Positions 42,764 to 55,263 of a stretch of DNA of 64,000 nt are shown here, piece after piece. The stretch comes from Savitreella phatthalungensis. Its lineage: Eukaryota. Position 1 is the stretch's first letter; each line of letters starts with the position of its first letter. A model generated the notes under the pieces. The model was not told the DNA's origin. It made no database searches and worked only from the letters and a program-made list of their open reading frames with translations. The stretch is taken from assembly GCA_051599415.1 (NCBI GenBank), contig AP039701.1:310001-374000 (forward strand). Reading direction: 5' to 3'. Position numbers and translations under genes: made by a program.

Positions 42764-45274
42764 GAGGACTTCCTGCCACTCCAATCACTCGAACATTCCA
42801 GCACGTGCAGCGCATATGCATTCCTGCATGGTCTCCAGAAAAGCAATGCTTCGGAACATTTCACTGTGAGCCGCAGTCAAGCTCCATCCGCGGATAACAT
42901 TGGGCGCATAGACGGCGGAGGACCAATCTCGGATATTCGTCGTCTTGATCATAAGGCTACAGCCGAGCTGGCCTACTTGATCGGAATATATGCAACCTGG
43001 CGTGGCATGAATCCATCCTGATTTGAGAGCAGAGACACACCACACGTGCGAATCAAGTCGACAGCATGCTCTGATGTCGATGGCACTCCCCCTTTTCAAT
43101 ACCAATACAACACCTACGCTATTCATCCAGGGCTCTTCAATATGTACATAAACATTCTCCCGTCCCAGCGCGGGTCGTCCTTGGCATACTTCGCGATGAA
43201 AGAAGAAGGCTTGTCTTTGCGGATAAATTGAACTGTGATTAGTCCGAGATTGGGTCTTCGGACATGTGCGAGACCATGCAGATGGTCAGGGCTCATGTGA
43301 CCACGACGTGGAGTCCTTATGGTATTTCGCGCCCATGCGCATCTCGGAATAATTCTTTCTCCGCCTGAGTGTCCCGTCACTTCCATCTACAGACAGTTTA
43401 GCGGACGGGGAATGATGATGGTCAAGGTTTTAAGATCCTGGTGCCCATCGGAAAAACCTTTGTATTCACTACCATGATCTAGGTGGGTTGGAGAGATGCT
43501 CGGGTGACCTGTCGGCAATACGGATGGTCAGGTCGAGGACTAAGGAGGTGCATGAGATCTGTAGAGAGAAGGCTTGGCTCGAGAAGCGAGCTTCAGGTGT
43601 GAAAGAAGCCGGACTTGCCGTGGATCCGGATGAATATACCAATTGCATGTGCTCCACCATGTCCCTCAAACACTTGCACTGCTCAATCAGGGACAAAAGG
43701 CCGAGCGCAAGTCCAAGAGTTCCTTCGAAGTGTGGGGGTAGTTGAGGGACATCAGATTCACATTTACTTTTCAAGGTAAGAAATCAGATGTTCCATCGAT
43801 GAGATCTTACGGCTGTTTCGCGGTCATTGCCGACTGAAGTATCTGATTGAGGTGGAATCCATCATTCGATTCTGTAAATCCAGGAAAGGCTGTTCAGAGA
43901 AAAGGTGGGATTCCGTGGATACTTCATTTCCTTCCACCTTTCCTGTCCTGATTCCAATCTGCAGTTTCTATGCAGTTTCTCCTTTTCACTTGACCCACCG
44001 TCATTTTATCCGTTTCGAGAGAGACTATAGATACATTGGGAGAAACGAGGCAGAGTAAAGCAGTGCGCGAGTCAGACAGTAATTGAAGAATCACATGTAG
44101 CTAAGCCATGCCGCGAGGCTCATTTTTAGTCGTACCGGGTAAACAGTCTTGTGTTGAGACGTGTTCTGCGTATACACCACCCCAGATAGATTCACGCCAC
44201 TTTCAGTTTATCCAATTCATCCGCACGCGTAGCGGCAGCATCAGCAGCAGCAGCAGCAGCACCATTACCATCGACATAGTCATTGTAAGCACTTCCATCA
44301 TCAGCATGAATATAATCATCCTCAATCACCAATCAATCTACATTAGTCGAGCAAATAAAGACACCTGTATGAGGATGCTCATTTCACGATGTGCGAGATA
44401 CAGAACACAGTCGAGTTCATATCACCAGATGGAAGATATCCAAAAGTATAGAGCTTGGCAGAAGATCTGGTCATGTTTAAAAGTCCGAGTGAACTCACCT
44501 GGTCGTACCGGAAGACTTTTAGATCTAGTGGCAGTGGATCAATTGTCAATGGTGAATTCCTCGACTCGGATTAAATCAGAGCAAAGCCAGGTTGAAAGCA
44601 GCTTTATTTTTCAATACTCCCAGGCCCGAATACATTGCCTGCATATGCCTGAGCTTACAACGATCCGCTCGACCATTTGTTCATTCTTCCATTCATTTCA
44701 TTCATTCGATCATGAATTCATCCTTCGGAGTTTCCCCTAATCTAGGCTGGTCACTTACTAGTGTGGATATACTTATCCGCGGCCACAGGTGTAACTTTCC
44801 CGAGAGCACATAGATCAGACAGTACACAGCATACGTATACGCCGTTAGCTCCACAGCTCGCAACACCTGAACCCTCCCACCTTACTCCACCCACCCTCCC
44901 ACCCACCTATACACCCACACACTGACTCGTTCATCCACCACTCGACCACCGTACTCTGGTAACCTTGCCCAGACACATCGTCCATACACCGTGTGACCTC
45001 TCGCATCCGGGGAACAACTCCATCGCTCGGTTGCTCGCCTAAGTCCCGTAACATTACTTTTCCTGGAGAAACCCCACAAAGCCCTGGATCTATCTACGCT
45101 CATCTGTGCTCACCTGCCTTCAGTTCAGCCTTGTGTCCGAGCCCTTGAGTCTGTCAACGAGTCTCATTCGGTATTCTTCCTTTGATCCGGACTTTCCTTC
45201 CTCATCTTAAGTCTCCAGGTCATCCGACAGGTCGTAAACGACTATAAGTAGACCCCATCTCCCCGCCTTCCACA

Positions 45275-46882
45275 ATGTCTCCTTCCAACAGTGACGAAAC
45301 TTCTTCCTCCTCGACCATGACTCGCGAGCAGTTCGTCGGTGCCATCGACCAGGGCACCACCTCCACACGCTTCCTCATCTTCAACACAAAGGGAGAGATC
45401 GAGGCCTCTCACCAGATCGAGTTCACCCAGCACTACCCTCACCCATCATGGGTGGAGCACGACCCCCAGGAGATCCTCGACACCGTCATGTCCTGCATCC
45501 AGGAGGCGGTCAAGGACTTTGAGGGCAAGGGTCACTCAGCGTCCGACATCAAGGCCGTCGGTCTCACCAACCAGCGTGAGACGACCGTTGTCTGGGACAA
45601 GAAGACCGGAAAGCCTCTTCACAACGCCATCGTTTGGTCGGATGCCAGAACTGTCAAGATCGTCGAGCGCCTAAAGAAGAAGGCAGGTTCAGAGAAGGTC
45701 CAGCCACTCTGCGGACTGCCAATCTCGACCTACTTTGCTGCCGTCAAGCTCGTATGGCTGCTCGAGCACGTGCAGGAGGTCAAGGAGTGTCGCGCACGTG
45801 GTGACCTCTGCTTCGGTACAATCGACTCCTGGGTGCTGTACAACCTGACAGGCGGCGTCAACGGCGGACTCCACATCACCGATGCCTCAAACGCATCTCG
45901 CACAATGCTGTGTGACGTGCGTACGCTCAAGTACGACGACTGGCTCGTCAACGACTTTTTCGAGTTTTCGGGCATCAATCTGCCAAAGGTTGTTTCGTCC
46001 TCGGAGGTGTACGGCGAGATTCCAGCTGGACCTCTCAAAGGTATTCCCATTGCTGGTGTGCTCGGTGACCAGTCCGCTGCGCTCGTCGGCCAGCAGTGCT
46101 TCGCGCCAGGAGAGGCCAAGAACACATACGGTACAGGCTGCTTCCTGCTCTACAACACAGGCGAGAAGCCCGTGATCTCCAACAACGGTCTGCTTACCAC
46201 GGTCGGCTACCAGTTTGGCCCGAACGCGAAGCCGGTCTACGCGCTCGAGGGCTCTATCGCCGTCGCGGGATCTGCCATCAAGTGGGTCCGTGACCAGGTC
46301 GGCCTCATTGACGATGCCGCTCAGATTGGTGAGCTAGCTTCACAGGTCGAGGACACCGGTGGTGTCGTCTTCGTGACTGCTTTCTCCGGCCTGTTTGCAC
46401 CATACTGGCGGGACGATGCCCGTGGCACCATCCTCGGTCTCACTGCATACACAAACAAGAAGCACCTTTGCCGTGCAACGATCGAGGCGACCTGCTTCCA
46501 GACGAAGGCGATCCTGGACGCAATGAACGCCGATTCCGGTAAACCACTGACGTCGCTCAAGGTCGACGGTGGCATGACCAACGGAGACGTGTGCATGCAG
46601 ATCCAGTCTGACATTCTCGGTATCGATGTCGAGCGACCTCAGATGCGCGAGTCGACGGCGCTCGGCTCTGCCATGGCTGCAGGTCTCGCTGTCGGCGTAT
46701 GGCAGTCGATCGATGACCTCAAGGAGGTCAATCAGAAGGGCAAGACCACCTTCTCACCACAGAACGACGAAAAGGATAGGAAGAAGCGATTCCGTCTGTG
46801 GGAGCGCGCAGTCGACAAGGCATGCGGCTGGATGGACGAGGACGAGGCTGACGAGGAGGACTCTGGCGCCGCCAAGCTTTGA
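45275..46882 (+). CDS. GUT1: Glycerol kinase
   Basis: GAIDQGTTSTR, TNQRETT, GDQSAALVGQ, KNTYGTGCF, YALEGS, AFSGLFAPYW and VDGGMT. Confidence 0.97.
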   Translation: MSPSNSDETSSSSTMTREQFVGAIDQGTTSTRFLIFNTKGEIEASHQIEFTQHYPHPSWVEHDPQEILDTVMSCIQEAVKDFEGKGHSASDIKAVGLTNQRETTVVWDKKTGKPLHNAIVWSDARTVKIVERLKKKAGSEKVQPLCGLPISTYFAAVKLVWLLEHVQEVKECRARGDLCFGTIDSWVLYNLTGGVNGGLHITDASNASRTMLCDVRTLKYDDWLVNDFFEFSGINLPKVVSSSEVYGEIPAGPLKGIPIAGVLGDQSAALVGQQCFAPGEAKNTYGTGCFLLYNTGEKPVISNNGLLTTVGYQFGPNAKPVYALEGSIAVAGSAIKWVRDQVGLIDDAAQIGELASQVEDTGGVVFVTAFSGLFAPYWRDDARGTILGLTAYTNKKHLCRATIEATCFQTKAILDAMNADSGKPLTSLKVDGGMTNGDVCMQIQSDILGIDVERPQMRESTALGSAMAAGLAVGVWQSIDDLKEVNQKGKTTFSPQNDEKDRKKRFRLWERAVDKACGWMDEDEADEEDSGAAKL

Positions 46883-47167
46883 TTAGGATAATGATCAAAT
46901 CTCTCGAAAGTGCAGGCACGAAGTGGACCGATCAGCCTCATCAGCAGCAAAGCCCAAGTCGACCAAAACCACTCCACTATTACTGTATTATCGTCGGCTA
47001 GTGAATGTCTTATTTGCAAACGTACAAACGTACCTATGGAATGCTCGACTGCATCATTCATATTATTGATGTCGTGTCAGATACCAAGTTGGTCATCTCT
47101 CGTGAAGTCGTAAAGGCATGGCATCGCGTGGCTGTATCATTTAGAGGGTATCATCATCTCACCGATC

Positions 47168-48295
47168 TCAACCACTCATCTCCAACTCGACCGTCTGTCT
47201 CGCAGGCTTAGCAACGGCGGTAGCGGTGGAAGTCGCTGCGGCTGCATCGTTCAGGCCCCGGAGCAACATGCAGGCCTTGCAGATTGGTGGCGGACGAGTA
47301 CGGTCGTTGGTGGTTGGCGGGCGGCTGTCGCTTGTGAGGTAGCCGCAGCCTGCACAGCGTTCGAGCTTCGGGAGGTTGGTGATGGTGTGGTGGCTGAGTG
47401 TGATTCGGTGTCCCGAGTAGATGAGATCGAGGATGGCGCGAGGCCGGAGCCGCTCGAGTTCCTTGACGAGCGCACGCGCAGTCCCACGGAAGGCCTCAGG
47501 CGAGTACGTGCATTCGGTGGAGAAGTAATCGAGACCTTTGTAGTGCGCGTACAGGACAATCTCCTTCTCGTACGCGTAGAAGAGCGGCTTGCTCCTGCGG
47601 AGAGGCAAGAAGAGGTCGTCGGTGGTGTCGGTGTCGGCGGGAGCGCAGGAAGGGGCAGCGTCGAGTGGGTGGGCGGTTCCATCGCCAGGCAGTTGACCGG
47701 TGGTGATGTCCACACAGCGTGACAGTCTCGCCACGTCCCCACGCAGCAGGTTCATCAGCACTGTCTCTGCAACGTCGTCTGCGTTGTGGCCTGTGACGAG
47801 AGCGTCGAGACCGAGCGATGCTGCAGCGCGGTCGAGCGCCTGCCTTCGCAGCACCCCGCAGTACGTGCAATTCCCCTTCCGCCCGATCTGCTGCACGATT
47901 CTGTCCATCGACCAGCCCCCGTACAGCTGCTCGTACGAGACGATTTTGAGCGGCAGGCCGTACTGAGCCGCATTTCGATGAACGGTTGCGAGTGAGTCGT
48001 CCCGGTAACCCTTGATGCCCTCGTCGATCGAGACCAGGTACAGGTCGAGACCGTAGTCGTAGCGGCCGTTGAGCGTCGTCATCAGATGGGCGAGTACTGT
48101 GGAGTCCTTGCCGCCGGAAGCGCCGATCCCAACACGCTCACCTCGACGGAACAGTCGGTGGCGTGTGATGGTCGTGTGAACCTCCAGCTCAAACACAGCA
48201 AAGAAGCAGGACTTGCAGACGCGCTGGGAAGTCTTTGGGCGGACCATTTGTGGCCGTGCTTGTCCGCACAGATCGCACAGCTTCGAAGGCGCCAT
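47168..48295 (-). CDS. NCS6: Cytoplasmic tRNA 2-thiolation protein 1 (Ncs6/Ctu1)
   Basis: CxxC pairs, PP-loop [31 protein letters not shown] and [15 protein letters not shown]. Confidence 0.96.
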   Translation of the reverse strand: MAPSKLCDLCGQARPQMVRPKTSQRVCKSCFFAVFELEVHTTITRHRLFRRGERVGIGASGGKDSTVLAHLMTTLNGRYDYGLDLYLVSIDEGIKGYRDDSLATVHRNAAQYGLPLKIVSYEQLYGGWSMDRIVQQIGRKGNCTYCGVLRRQALDRAAASLGLDALVTGHNADDVAETVLMNLLRGDVARLSRCVDITTGQLPGDGTAHPLDAAPSCAPADTDTTDDLFLPLRRSKPLFYAYEKEIVLYAHYKGLDYFSTECTYSPEAFRGTARALVKELERLRPRAILDLIYSGHRITLSHHTITNLPKLERCAGCGYLTSDSRPPTTNDRTRPPPICKACMLLRGLNDAAAATSTATAVAKPARQTVELEMSG

Positions 48296-48629
48296 GATGA
48301 TCGAAGCGATGGCTAGTTCTACTCGAAGAAGACCTCAGGCTGCAAAAGGATGTGGTTCTCACTCTTGACGACGTTCTTGGCGTAAGGGGTACGAGTAGGA
48401 CGTAGGCATGTGCACGTGCGTGATCATCCGAGAAATTGGAGCACTGGAGTCAACTTGAGTACCTGAGTGTACACAGCCACGCGACGAGATATGTGGCGTA
48501 GGCCTGGAAATCCATCACGATGGATCAATGCATCCAGATCTTGATCGAGAATCAGAACCAGTTGCAGATAAAATGATTGTTGAGGGTGTGGCACACCGTC
48601 TCGCACATACCCCGGACCCGTACATAAAG

Positions 48630-49135
48630 ACGTGCGTGTTCGCAACACGTAGCACTTATGACATTCGTTTTCCTCCAACACAGATCCTCCGATCTTACAC
48701 CTGCCTATCTACAGGAGTCTGATGTCGGATGCACGCATGCACATACTCTAGCAGCGTGGGAAGCGTACATGGGAGGACAGACCACGGCCCTCTGGACATG
48801 CTCGGCCAATCTCCTGAGCAAAATCGATCAGAGATGATGGAGCATCATAGTGGACCACGATGCGTACCTGCAGTCGAGACCTGTGCCGATCGCTGTGGTG
48901 CCGACGACGTCGAGGACCCTGCATGTCATGTACTCGTCGTCTGCATGTCATGTACCACTATGATGCTCCATCATCTCTCATTAACTTGCCCAGGAGATTG
49001 ACCGGGCAGGTCGAAAGGCCCGTGGCGCGTCCTCCCATGCTACTGTGTGTCATGTAAATGTCGGCACCACAGCAACCGGCGCAGGTCTCGACTGCCTCCA
49101 GGTACGCATCGTGGTCCACTATGTTGCTCCGTCAC
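48630..49135. pseudogene. Rearranged RecQ-like helicase remnants (motif V-VI fragments on both strands)
   Basis: Minus strand gives VVGTTAIGTGLDC/QVRIVVHYDAPSSLIDFAQEIGRA, then LLEYVHACIRH..CHKCY, with frameshifts and stops. Plus strand gives HYDAPSSLIN/QEIDRAGR (about 48955-49042) and GTTATGAGLDCLQVRIVVHYVAPS (about 49059-49134). Confidence 0.8.
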
Positions 49136-50640
49136 CTCTGCCCCTCAGAGCAGCCGTCTGCACAGTATACACATAGTCGTTGTGGCCCGGAGCTTTCTCT
49201 ATCTCACCATTTTTTCGGTGGTAGAAACGCTGTCCGGGCTGTCAATGATCGAGAGGCTGCTGCTAGTTGGAGGTACGTGTCAAGATTTGTTGATCTGACT
49301 ATCTAACTTGCCGGATGACGAGGTCTCGACTTATTGAAGCACGTCGACCCTGGCCGGATGGTCTGACTTGGCTGGACTGTGAGCGAGCGTGAAACTACAA
49401 GATCCTGTATGCACAGGCGGGAGAATGTCTGTGCGTGCATGAATGGGAGAATGATGGAAAGAAGGAGAGAAATCGGGTCGAATGCATCGACCCAGAATGT
49501 GATCCGTGCACGAAGCTTAATTCGCTTCTCTACTTAGTGCTCGTGCGAGAGTACCAGAGTAATGGCATGCTTCTCCGACCATAACTGCATGGCAGACATG
49601 AAATCGTTTTCCGCGTGATCCCTCTCGGAGAAATTCGTAGCTGGATTGAATATACTGTATCAAATTACTGTCAATCTGATACTTAGCAGTGGGTCACTTG
49701 CCGGGTATGACGCACACGTGCATACACTATAAACCCAGAAGTTAATGCTGTTCCCTATAGGCAGCTGCTCATCCATTTCCACACACATATACACCGAACA
49801 CAGCTGAACTCAAAATTAAGGTTAGGATATATGTGGAAAGGAACGAGATGGAATCTGCATGTCGAATACTTTTGTGCGGATTGTGAAATCACTATTGCTT
49901 CTTTTATTCTTTCGAATGTCTTGCATTGTTCGGTTTTGGTACCCTCAACGATCCTTTTCAGATTAGATCTCTAAAAACAAATCTAGAAGCAGTGGAATTC
50001 AGACGGGTATGGACGTCACTTTAAGGCGACATGCCAGTACGGAATCCTATAGTCAGTGTCCGAATGCGGGTCATGGATATCAGATACAGGTGAGAATGAG
50101 ATATACCACATGGCGCATCCAGACCTTTGCATTTGAAAGAGGACAAACCCAACTTTTGTCCTGGACGGGATTGACGCCATCAATTGGAATCGAATTTGAT
50201 GGTGTTTGACCTTGTTGAGTATGAGATCCTGAGGATTCCATGCTAATTAGAGATGAAATTCTGAACCCTTCCTTCCTCAATCGATCGCCTAACCATACTC
50301 TCTCATTGATCGGCAGAATATGTTCAGTGTCCTGTGAAGGGTCTACTGAGTAAAGTACTTAGTATTCACTACTGAGTGTTGAGTAATGTGATTCTAAGTA
50401 CTGTGGTTGTTGGTCTGCTCGCTCTCCATGACCAGTATTCTGTCTGGTATTCTGGCGCACTGAAGCGAGTCATAATCTGCACACGGAATCGGACAGCACC
50501 AAATGCATTCAAACAGGACGTGATTCATCAATGACTACACAAAGCTGACACAAGCCAAAACACATTCCGATCCTTCCACCTTGGAACCCGTCACCCGTGA
50601 CCCGCTTTCCAACCAAAACACTCGCAACCAAAACCTTGTA

Positions 50641-50674
50641 CAGTACAACACAGTACAGTACAGTACAGTACAGT
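50641..50674. repeat. (CAGTA)n microsatellite
   Basis: CAGTACAACA followed by four full CAGTA units and a partial fifth. Confidence 0.85.
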
Positions 50675-51481
50675 TTAATCTAGGATTACTATTCCCAGTG
50701 ACCTTCCCGGCTTCTACTGCACTCTCTTAGGAAGCTCTGGACTCTGACAGCACTAACTTCAGCGTGAACTTTACGACTCTTTCATCCTTATAGGCAATAC
50801 CTTACCCATACAGCCCTAACTTCAGCTCAACAATACATCTTAAGGGTTACTCCTCAACGCCGTCATACTCTACTCCAAACGTTTCTCTCCTAACTCTGCG
50901 CTCTTCTGCGCTGACCAGATCACGACCCAACAAAGCACAAGCGCCATCTGTGCCGTGCCTTTGTAGAGCGTCATCGTCTGCTTCACAGCCCTTACTTTTC
51001 GACTAGATTGGAAGGCAAGTTGGGAAAGTGAAGTAGACCCTCGCTTGTAACTGTGCACGCATCAGTTCCTTGACAGTTGACAGGTCGGAAAGTCGTCAAC
51101 AGGAAAAGCGTTCACCTGCCTTTCAAAAGCGAAAGTCTCCGATTCTTCGCCTTCATACAAATCACCAGTCGCATCCGCAATCGGCGACGTGCACTTCCTT
51201 TGAGGATCATCTGCAGACCTGCTCGACAGTGCAAACATTCCGGACGTTCATATACGAAACACTTCGATCACATCGGAAAGCCCGCGCGCACGGACCTCAT
51301 CTTACCGTGCCTGCTATGCACTTCTAGGACCATCACCAACCTCAAGACCTACACAGAATATCACACAGCAGCATTCGCATTGACAAAAAGTCGATTGAAC
51401 AACAGCTTCATCTTGTATCGATTTCCGGTACCCTCATCACAAGAATCACGATCTCTGTGAACGACCATCAACAACGGCATC

Positions 51482-52516
51482 ATGGGTAGGATCATCTCTT
51501 TCGCTCCACCTTCTTATCATTCCCGCGCTTCGTCGCGCGCAGCATCGCCTGAACAGACAGGTCTGACATTGGACCCAGGCATGTCGCCTAGTTTGACGAT
51601 TGGCCGATTGTCAATCTCCTCACCTGGATCACCTGCCATCGCATATCACGAATCCTCGTCTACTGGATTCTTCAGCTCTCCTAACGAAACGACAAATTCA
51701 TACTGCGCGACCTCAGCAAGCACAACATTGTCCTGCCCAGGCATCGGACGCAGATATATTCGTCAGCAATCACTGAGTGCGAGCAAGCAGCGCCGCCTCT
51801 CCCGTGCCAACAAGCATGTTCATTTCTATCTGGACGGCAGGCAGCCGACAGAGGTCTGGGTGGCAGACTACACTTACGATCGGACGCCTTGGGTGCCTGC
51901 GCATCCGGACGCAGCCACGATGCGCCGATGGGCCATGGGCATCGGACTGCTTGACGAGGACGAGGACGAAGGGAAACCACTGTGTGACGAGGATGTCTCG
52001 CCTGGCGACAGTGGAGACGATTTGATTTCATGCTCTGAGACGAGTTCGCTCGACGGCCTGACGATCGACACGACCGCTTCAACGCTCGGCCAAACAGCCA
52101 CAGCCGCCACCCAGACAGATCTACTCCACCAGCAGCCTGCAGAAGACATCTCCCCACGGCATTCAAAGCCTCGGCGGAGATCGCGCAGACACGCACGAAG
52201 GCATTCTGCTGGACCTGGTAACGGTGGTCGCGTGGGACGCTACGGCGATGAGGACTCACCGGACAGTCCCGCTGCGTCCACCTCCGCCAACGGCTCAGGT
52301 TCGCCACACCGACCACGACGATCGAGCGTCGGAGAATCTCACGGCAGACGACGCCATCCTCACTCTCACGACGACCTCTATGACGACAACGACGACAATG
52401 ATCCAACCAAAATTGACTACCAGCGCGATGACGAAAACAGCGATAGCGGGAGCTCGAGTGACGATACAGCTGCTCTCGAAGCAGCCAAGCGCTGGGCACG
52501 CAGATTGTCATGCTAG
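51482..52516 (+). CDS. Hypothetical disordered protein with a candidate PP1-docking motif
   Basis: 344-aa ATG-initiated ORF containing KHVHF..VW..YDR. Confidence 0.65.
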   Translation: MGRIISFAPPSYHSRASSRAASPEQTGLTLDPGMSPSLTIGRLSISSPGSPAIAYHESSSTGFFSSPNETTNSYCATSASTTLSCPGIGRRYIRQQSLSASKQRRLSRANKHVHFYLDGRQPTEVWVADYTYDRTPWVPAHPDAATMRRWAMGIGLLDEDEDEGKPLCDEDVSPGDSGDDLISCSETSSLDGLTIDTTASTLGQTATAATQTDLLHQQPAEDISPRHSKPRRRSRRHARRHSAGPGNGGRVGRYGDEDSPDSPAASTSANGSGSPHRPRRSSVGESHGRRRHPHSHDDLYDDNDDNDPTKIDYQRDDENSDSGSSSDDTAALEAAKRWARRLSC

Positions 52517-52698
52517 CTTTCCGATCGGCCACCAAGATTTGCATACTGTACGTAGTGCAAAATTAACTATGCCTTCACGCATCCCTTCACACGCCCGCAT
52601 CACCAGCAGAAGTGAATCAAGCGAAGAAAAATATATTACTCGGTGCGTACCTTCTCGAACACAGAAATGAGCTTTGTGGATTACCGCGTTTCGACAGA

Positions 52699-53205
52699 TC
52701 AGAAATCGCCGGCATCGGCAGTACGACGTGCCTGAAGCTGACCGATTTGCGGTGGGCGCGTCGCGTGGGTGGGAGGTCTGGTGGTTTGTCGTCTTGATTG
52801 TTGTGTGACTGTGGGTCTGGCACCAGGGTACTGCTGGAGCGTGTACCCGGACTCACCACCACCACCGTGCGTCCGCACGCTCACGCAACCAACCCGCTGC
52901 GGGTACCCTTCGTCAGCACAGTCCCAGAAAGGCGAGAGGTATGGATGCATCGGTGTCTGCTTCGCCACACCCCACCTGGTCATGCTCGTCCGCCGGGCAG
53001 CGGCGGTGGACGAAGATGCTGTAGAGATGACGGATGTGCGAGACGATCGTCCGACATCCTCTGTCGTCACACTCGACCCGAAAGCCGAATGGCCTGACGA
53101 TGCAGAGGAAACGGAAGAGTTGCATGAATTGCCACCGAAGACGCCTACACCGGTCGGAGGAGGTACCGCCAGCAAGGGATTGTCGCGATCGCGCTTGCCA
53201 AACAT
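52699..53205 (-). CDS. Hypothetical Ser-rich protein
   Basis: 168-aa ATG ORF with TATAA about 80 bp upstream; no recognised domain. Confidence 0.4.
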   Translation of the reverse strand: MFGKRDRDNPLLAVPPPTGVGVFGGNSCNSSVSSASSGHSAFGSSVTTEDVGRSSRTSVISTASSSTAAARRTSMTRWGVAKQTPMHPYLSPFWDCADEGYPQRVGCVSVRTHGGGGESGYTLQQYPGARPTVTQQSRRQTTRPPTHATRPPQIGQLQARRTADAGDF

Positions 53206-54846
53206 CAGGCCTGTATGGAATGTGCTGAGAGGGATGGCGGAGTAGGTCGCAGGAGCGTCTGACGAGACTGGGCTCGACCTCCAACTTATAAAGGGTTGAT
53301 CTTATGTATCACGCACGGATCAACCTTTTTTTTGGGCGCTCTTGGCGCTCGATCTCGGTGGGATTATGCAAGTGATCGAGATGAGATGCGAGGTCCGTGA
53401 TCGAGCCGGTTGGAGCGTAAGTATAAGGTGAAACACCCTGACATGACACGGACGACAAAGGCGAACTGCTTTATACAAATATCACTTCCATAGAAGCCGC
53501 GGAAGTATGAGCGATCGACGTTGGCTAAGCCTGATATGCGGAGGAGGATGATGAATGTATTTCTTCGTTCGTGAGCAGATGGCATACCCCATCTGTCCTC
53601 ACAAACATTAGACTCTGAGAGTGTCAGGGAGGGTCTGTGGTTGCTCGTGGCTTGGCTAGCTAGACACATGGACCTATTCTCATACCTGCTCGCTCGAGAG
53701 TGGTGAAGCTCTCCTTCGGCATGACGAGATCATTCCTCACTCGAGGGCGGTCAGAAGAAGAATTGAGGTCGTAGAGGCGAAGTGTTCTGCTGGATTGCGC
53801 AGTCGATGAAGATGCACCTGAGAATGCAGCGGAATCATATGCTGTGCCATCATCAAGCACACCCCGGTCTCTTTTACCATGGCAGTCTTTCACTATCGAA
53901 GTCTATCAGGGTCAAGGGCAGGAGTCCTGGACTGCTTCAACCCATCCAGGTCGCATATACCGAGCGTCTAAGCTGCCGGCCAAGGAGGCCTCGAGATTGT
54001 GAAGTAATGTAGTACGTCCTAAGGGGAAGAGCACTGCCACGAAGGAGGCGCAGCTTACGCTCGATCGGGCGACATCGAGATTAAACAGCAACACCATGTA
54101 CTTATTCTGAATGCCTACATGCTTGCACAGCCGTGCGGGTCTTCTCTTCGACTTGTCATGACAGGATTCATGCGAGCGAGCCTTTGGTATGGTGTGTAAG
54201 ATGGAACAAAGCTGAGCTCGCATCCATATGGTGATAGGACGAATCAGTTGTTTGCTACACGTACATCCTATTAATCCTACAGGATAATCCGGCATACCGT
54301 CCGTTGGAACAATTCGTCGATCTCCCCAATCTGCCAGTGGTAGCTTTGACTGATGATTTTTGCAACAATACAATCTGAAACTGTGGGTATCTGACCTGCC
54401 CAGGTTCAAATTGAACCGAACTCTTGGATGGAAATTGTCCGAATGGGTCTCAGCTCTTCACATATTCATAATATCACCGGTTGCTATTATCAGATCGTCT
54501 CTGACACGTTGGTGAAACTTGCTCACTTCGGCTGCAGAAGACCGGCACTCATGCTCCACATACTGTTCAGCAGCTGTTCTGGGGTCGGGATAGTCGAAGC
54601 TCTTCGTGCTGTTTCCATGGACGTACAATACAGGTAAGGAGCTGAACAAGTTCGCACGCGTGAGATTGACGAGGTAAATTTCGTATCATGAGTAACTACG
54701 GTGGAAATGGATTGCTCTCTTGCATATGGAGGTCGTCATTTGGAGAGGACATATAGGATTCGTGATCGTCGTGTGGAGCGTATGCATAAACTGTTGTGAA
54801 GAAGCACTGCGATGCAGAGAAAAAGATCGCTATTCGTCAGCCTTTT

Positions 54847-55263
54847 TCAAATCTTGATAGAGGCGCGCCGATGTGACGGGAGACATGGAATGAAGAAGGC
54901 GAAAAAGGATCCGACAGTCGGCTTCTGTGTCACTCCCCGAGCAAGCTCTTCGTCTGTGAGAGAGCGAGCTCTAGACCTTGAACGCGGCTCTGACCCGGCC
55001 TTTGACGAACGCGATGCGTCGGGCATCGATGCTTTGCGCGTCTGACCAGAGGAGCTGGACGAAGAGCGCGAGTGGTGTCCAGACGAGTAGGACTTTGTAG
55101 ATGTCCTGGACGTAGAAGACGAACGCGATTGCGTTGAAGGAGAAAATCTTTTGGAGAGCTGTTCGGCAACGTATTCTCCTTCACTGAGGCCGGAAGTATC
55201 CTTGCGACCAATAATGACGTCGGCCGGAGGTGTCGGAGGTCCGAGGCGACAGCTGTTGTTCAT
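54847..55263 (-). CDS. Small hypothetical Ser/Arg-rich protein
   Basis: 138-aa ATG ORF ending in a hydrophobic FFAFFIPCL patch; no recognised homolog. Confidence 0.4.
   Translation of the reverse strand: MNNSCRLGPPTPPADVIIGRKDTSGLSEGEYVAEQLSKRFSPSTQSRSSSTSRTSTKSYSSGHHSRSSSSSSGQTRKASMPDASRSSKAGSEPRSRSRARSLTDEELARGVTQKPTVGSFFAFFIPCLPSHRRASIKI

Noticed and set aside
42785..44740. Short ORFs between the arrestin-like gene and GUT1
   Set aside because: No homology cues, overlapping frames and low-complexity content.
48919..49056. CRISPR-like repeat-spacer appearance
   Set aside because: Eukaryotic context, only three short repeats with irregular spacing and no cas genes.
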